64,000 bases of DNA from Rhizodiscina lignyota (lineage: Eukaryota). Shown here one piece after another: positions 63,844-64,000 of the stretch. Position 1 is the stretch's first letter; each line of letters starts with the position of its first letter. A program made the translations under genes and the position numbers. Under the pieces are notes generated by a model. It saw only the letters and a list, made by a program, of their open reading frames with translations, searched no databases and was not told where the DNA came from. Location of the stretch: positions 1,860,001 to 1,924,000 of the forward strand of contig ML978125.1 in NCBI GenBank assembly GCA_010015805.1. The letters run 5' to 3'.

Positions 63844-64000
63844 ATGGAATTTGAGGTCTCCTACGACCTTGAAAGCGCGGAGCAATTCTGGGACGGTGCG
63901 ACCCCGCCACTTCATCTATCTCCTTCTGCCTGCTTGTTATAGTAATGAAAGTAACTGACCTTACTCGGGAGAGACAGAACTCGACGATATAGTCTCCGCG
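63844..64000 (+). CDS. 5' end of a probable Ldb17/SPIN90-family (DUF2013) gene, 3'-truncated
   Basis: ATG at 63844 and intron 63896-63977 (GTGCGA...CTGAC...CAG) give MEFEVSYDLESAEQFWDELDDIVSA, which resembles filamentous-fungal Ldb17 N-termini as I recall them. Confidence 0.6.

Overview
This is gene-dense, intron-containing genomic DNA from a filamentous ascomycete (Pezizomycotina; Dothideomycete-like by inference). About 27 protein-coding genes can be built by hand. They include COG3 (5'-truncated), a UBL/AN1 zinc finger, NoxB, EMG1, an SDR, a VOC-fold protein, an MFS monocarboxylate-type transporter, a secreted alpha/beta hydrolase, VTS1, RRP6, a small GPI protein, an F-box protein, MDM35 (absent from the ORF track; has a GC-AG intron), LST7/folliculin, an enoyl-CoA hydratase, a Zn2Cys6 TF, CTP1, MAM33, TMA16, a Thr-rich cell-wall protein, an O-methyltransferase, NOP56, CCT6, a GH47 mannosidase and a probable LDB17 (3'-truncated). 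There is also one intron-containing tRNA-Val(AAC). The non-genic structure is the most interesting part. It comprises two diverged copies of a ~230-bp TIR element bracketing the VOC gene, an intact 304-bp MITE with perfect 39-bp TIRs and a TA target duplication, and a RIP-destroyed Tc1/mariner transposase fragment. The cell-wall gene has homologous introns 1 and 3 enclosing two symmetric 90-nt exons. I found no clearly novel multi-gene system. All identifications come from recognising sequence by eye, with no database searches.
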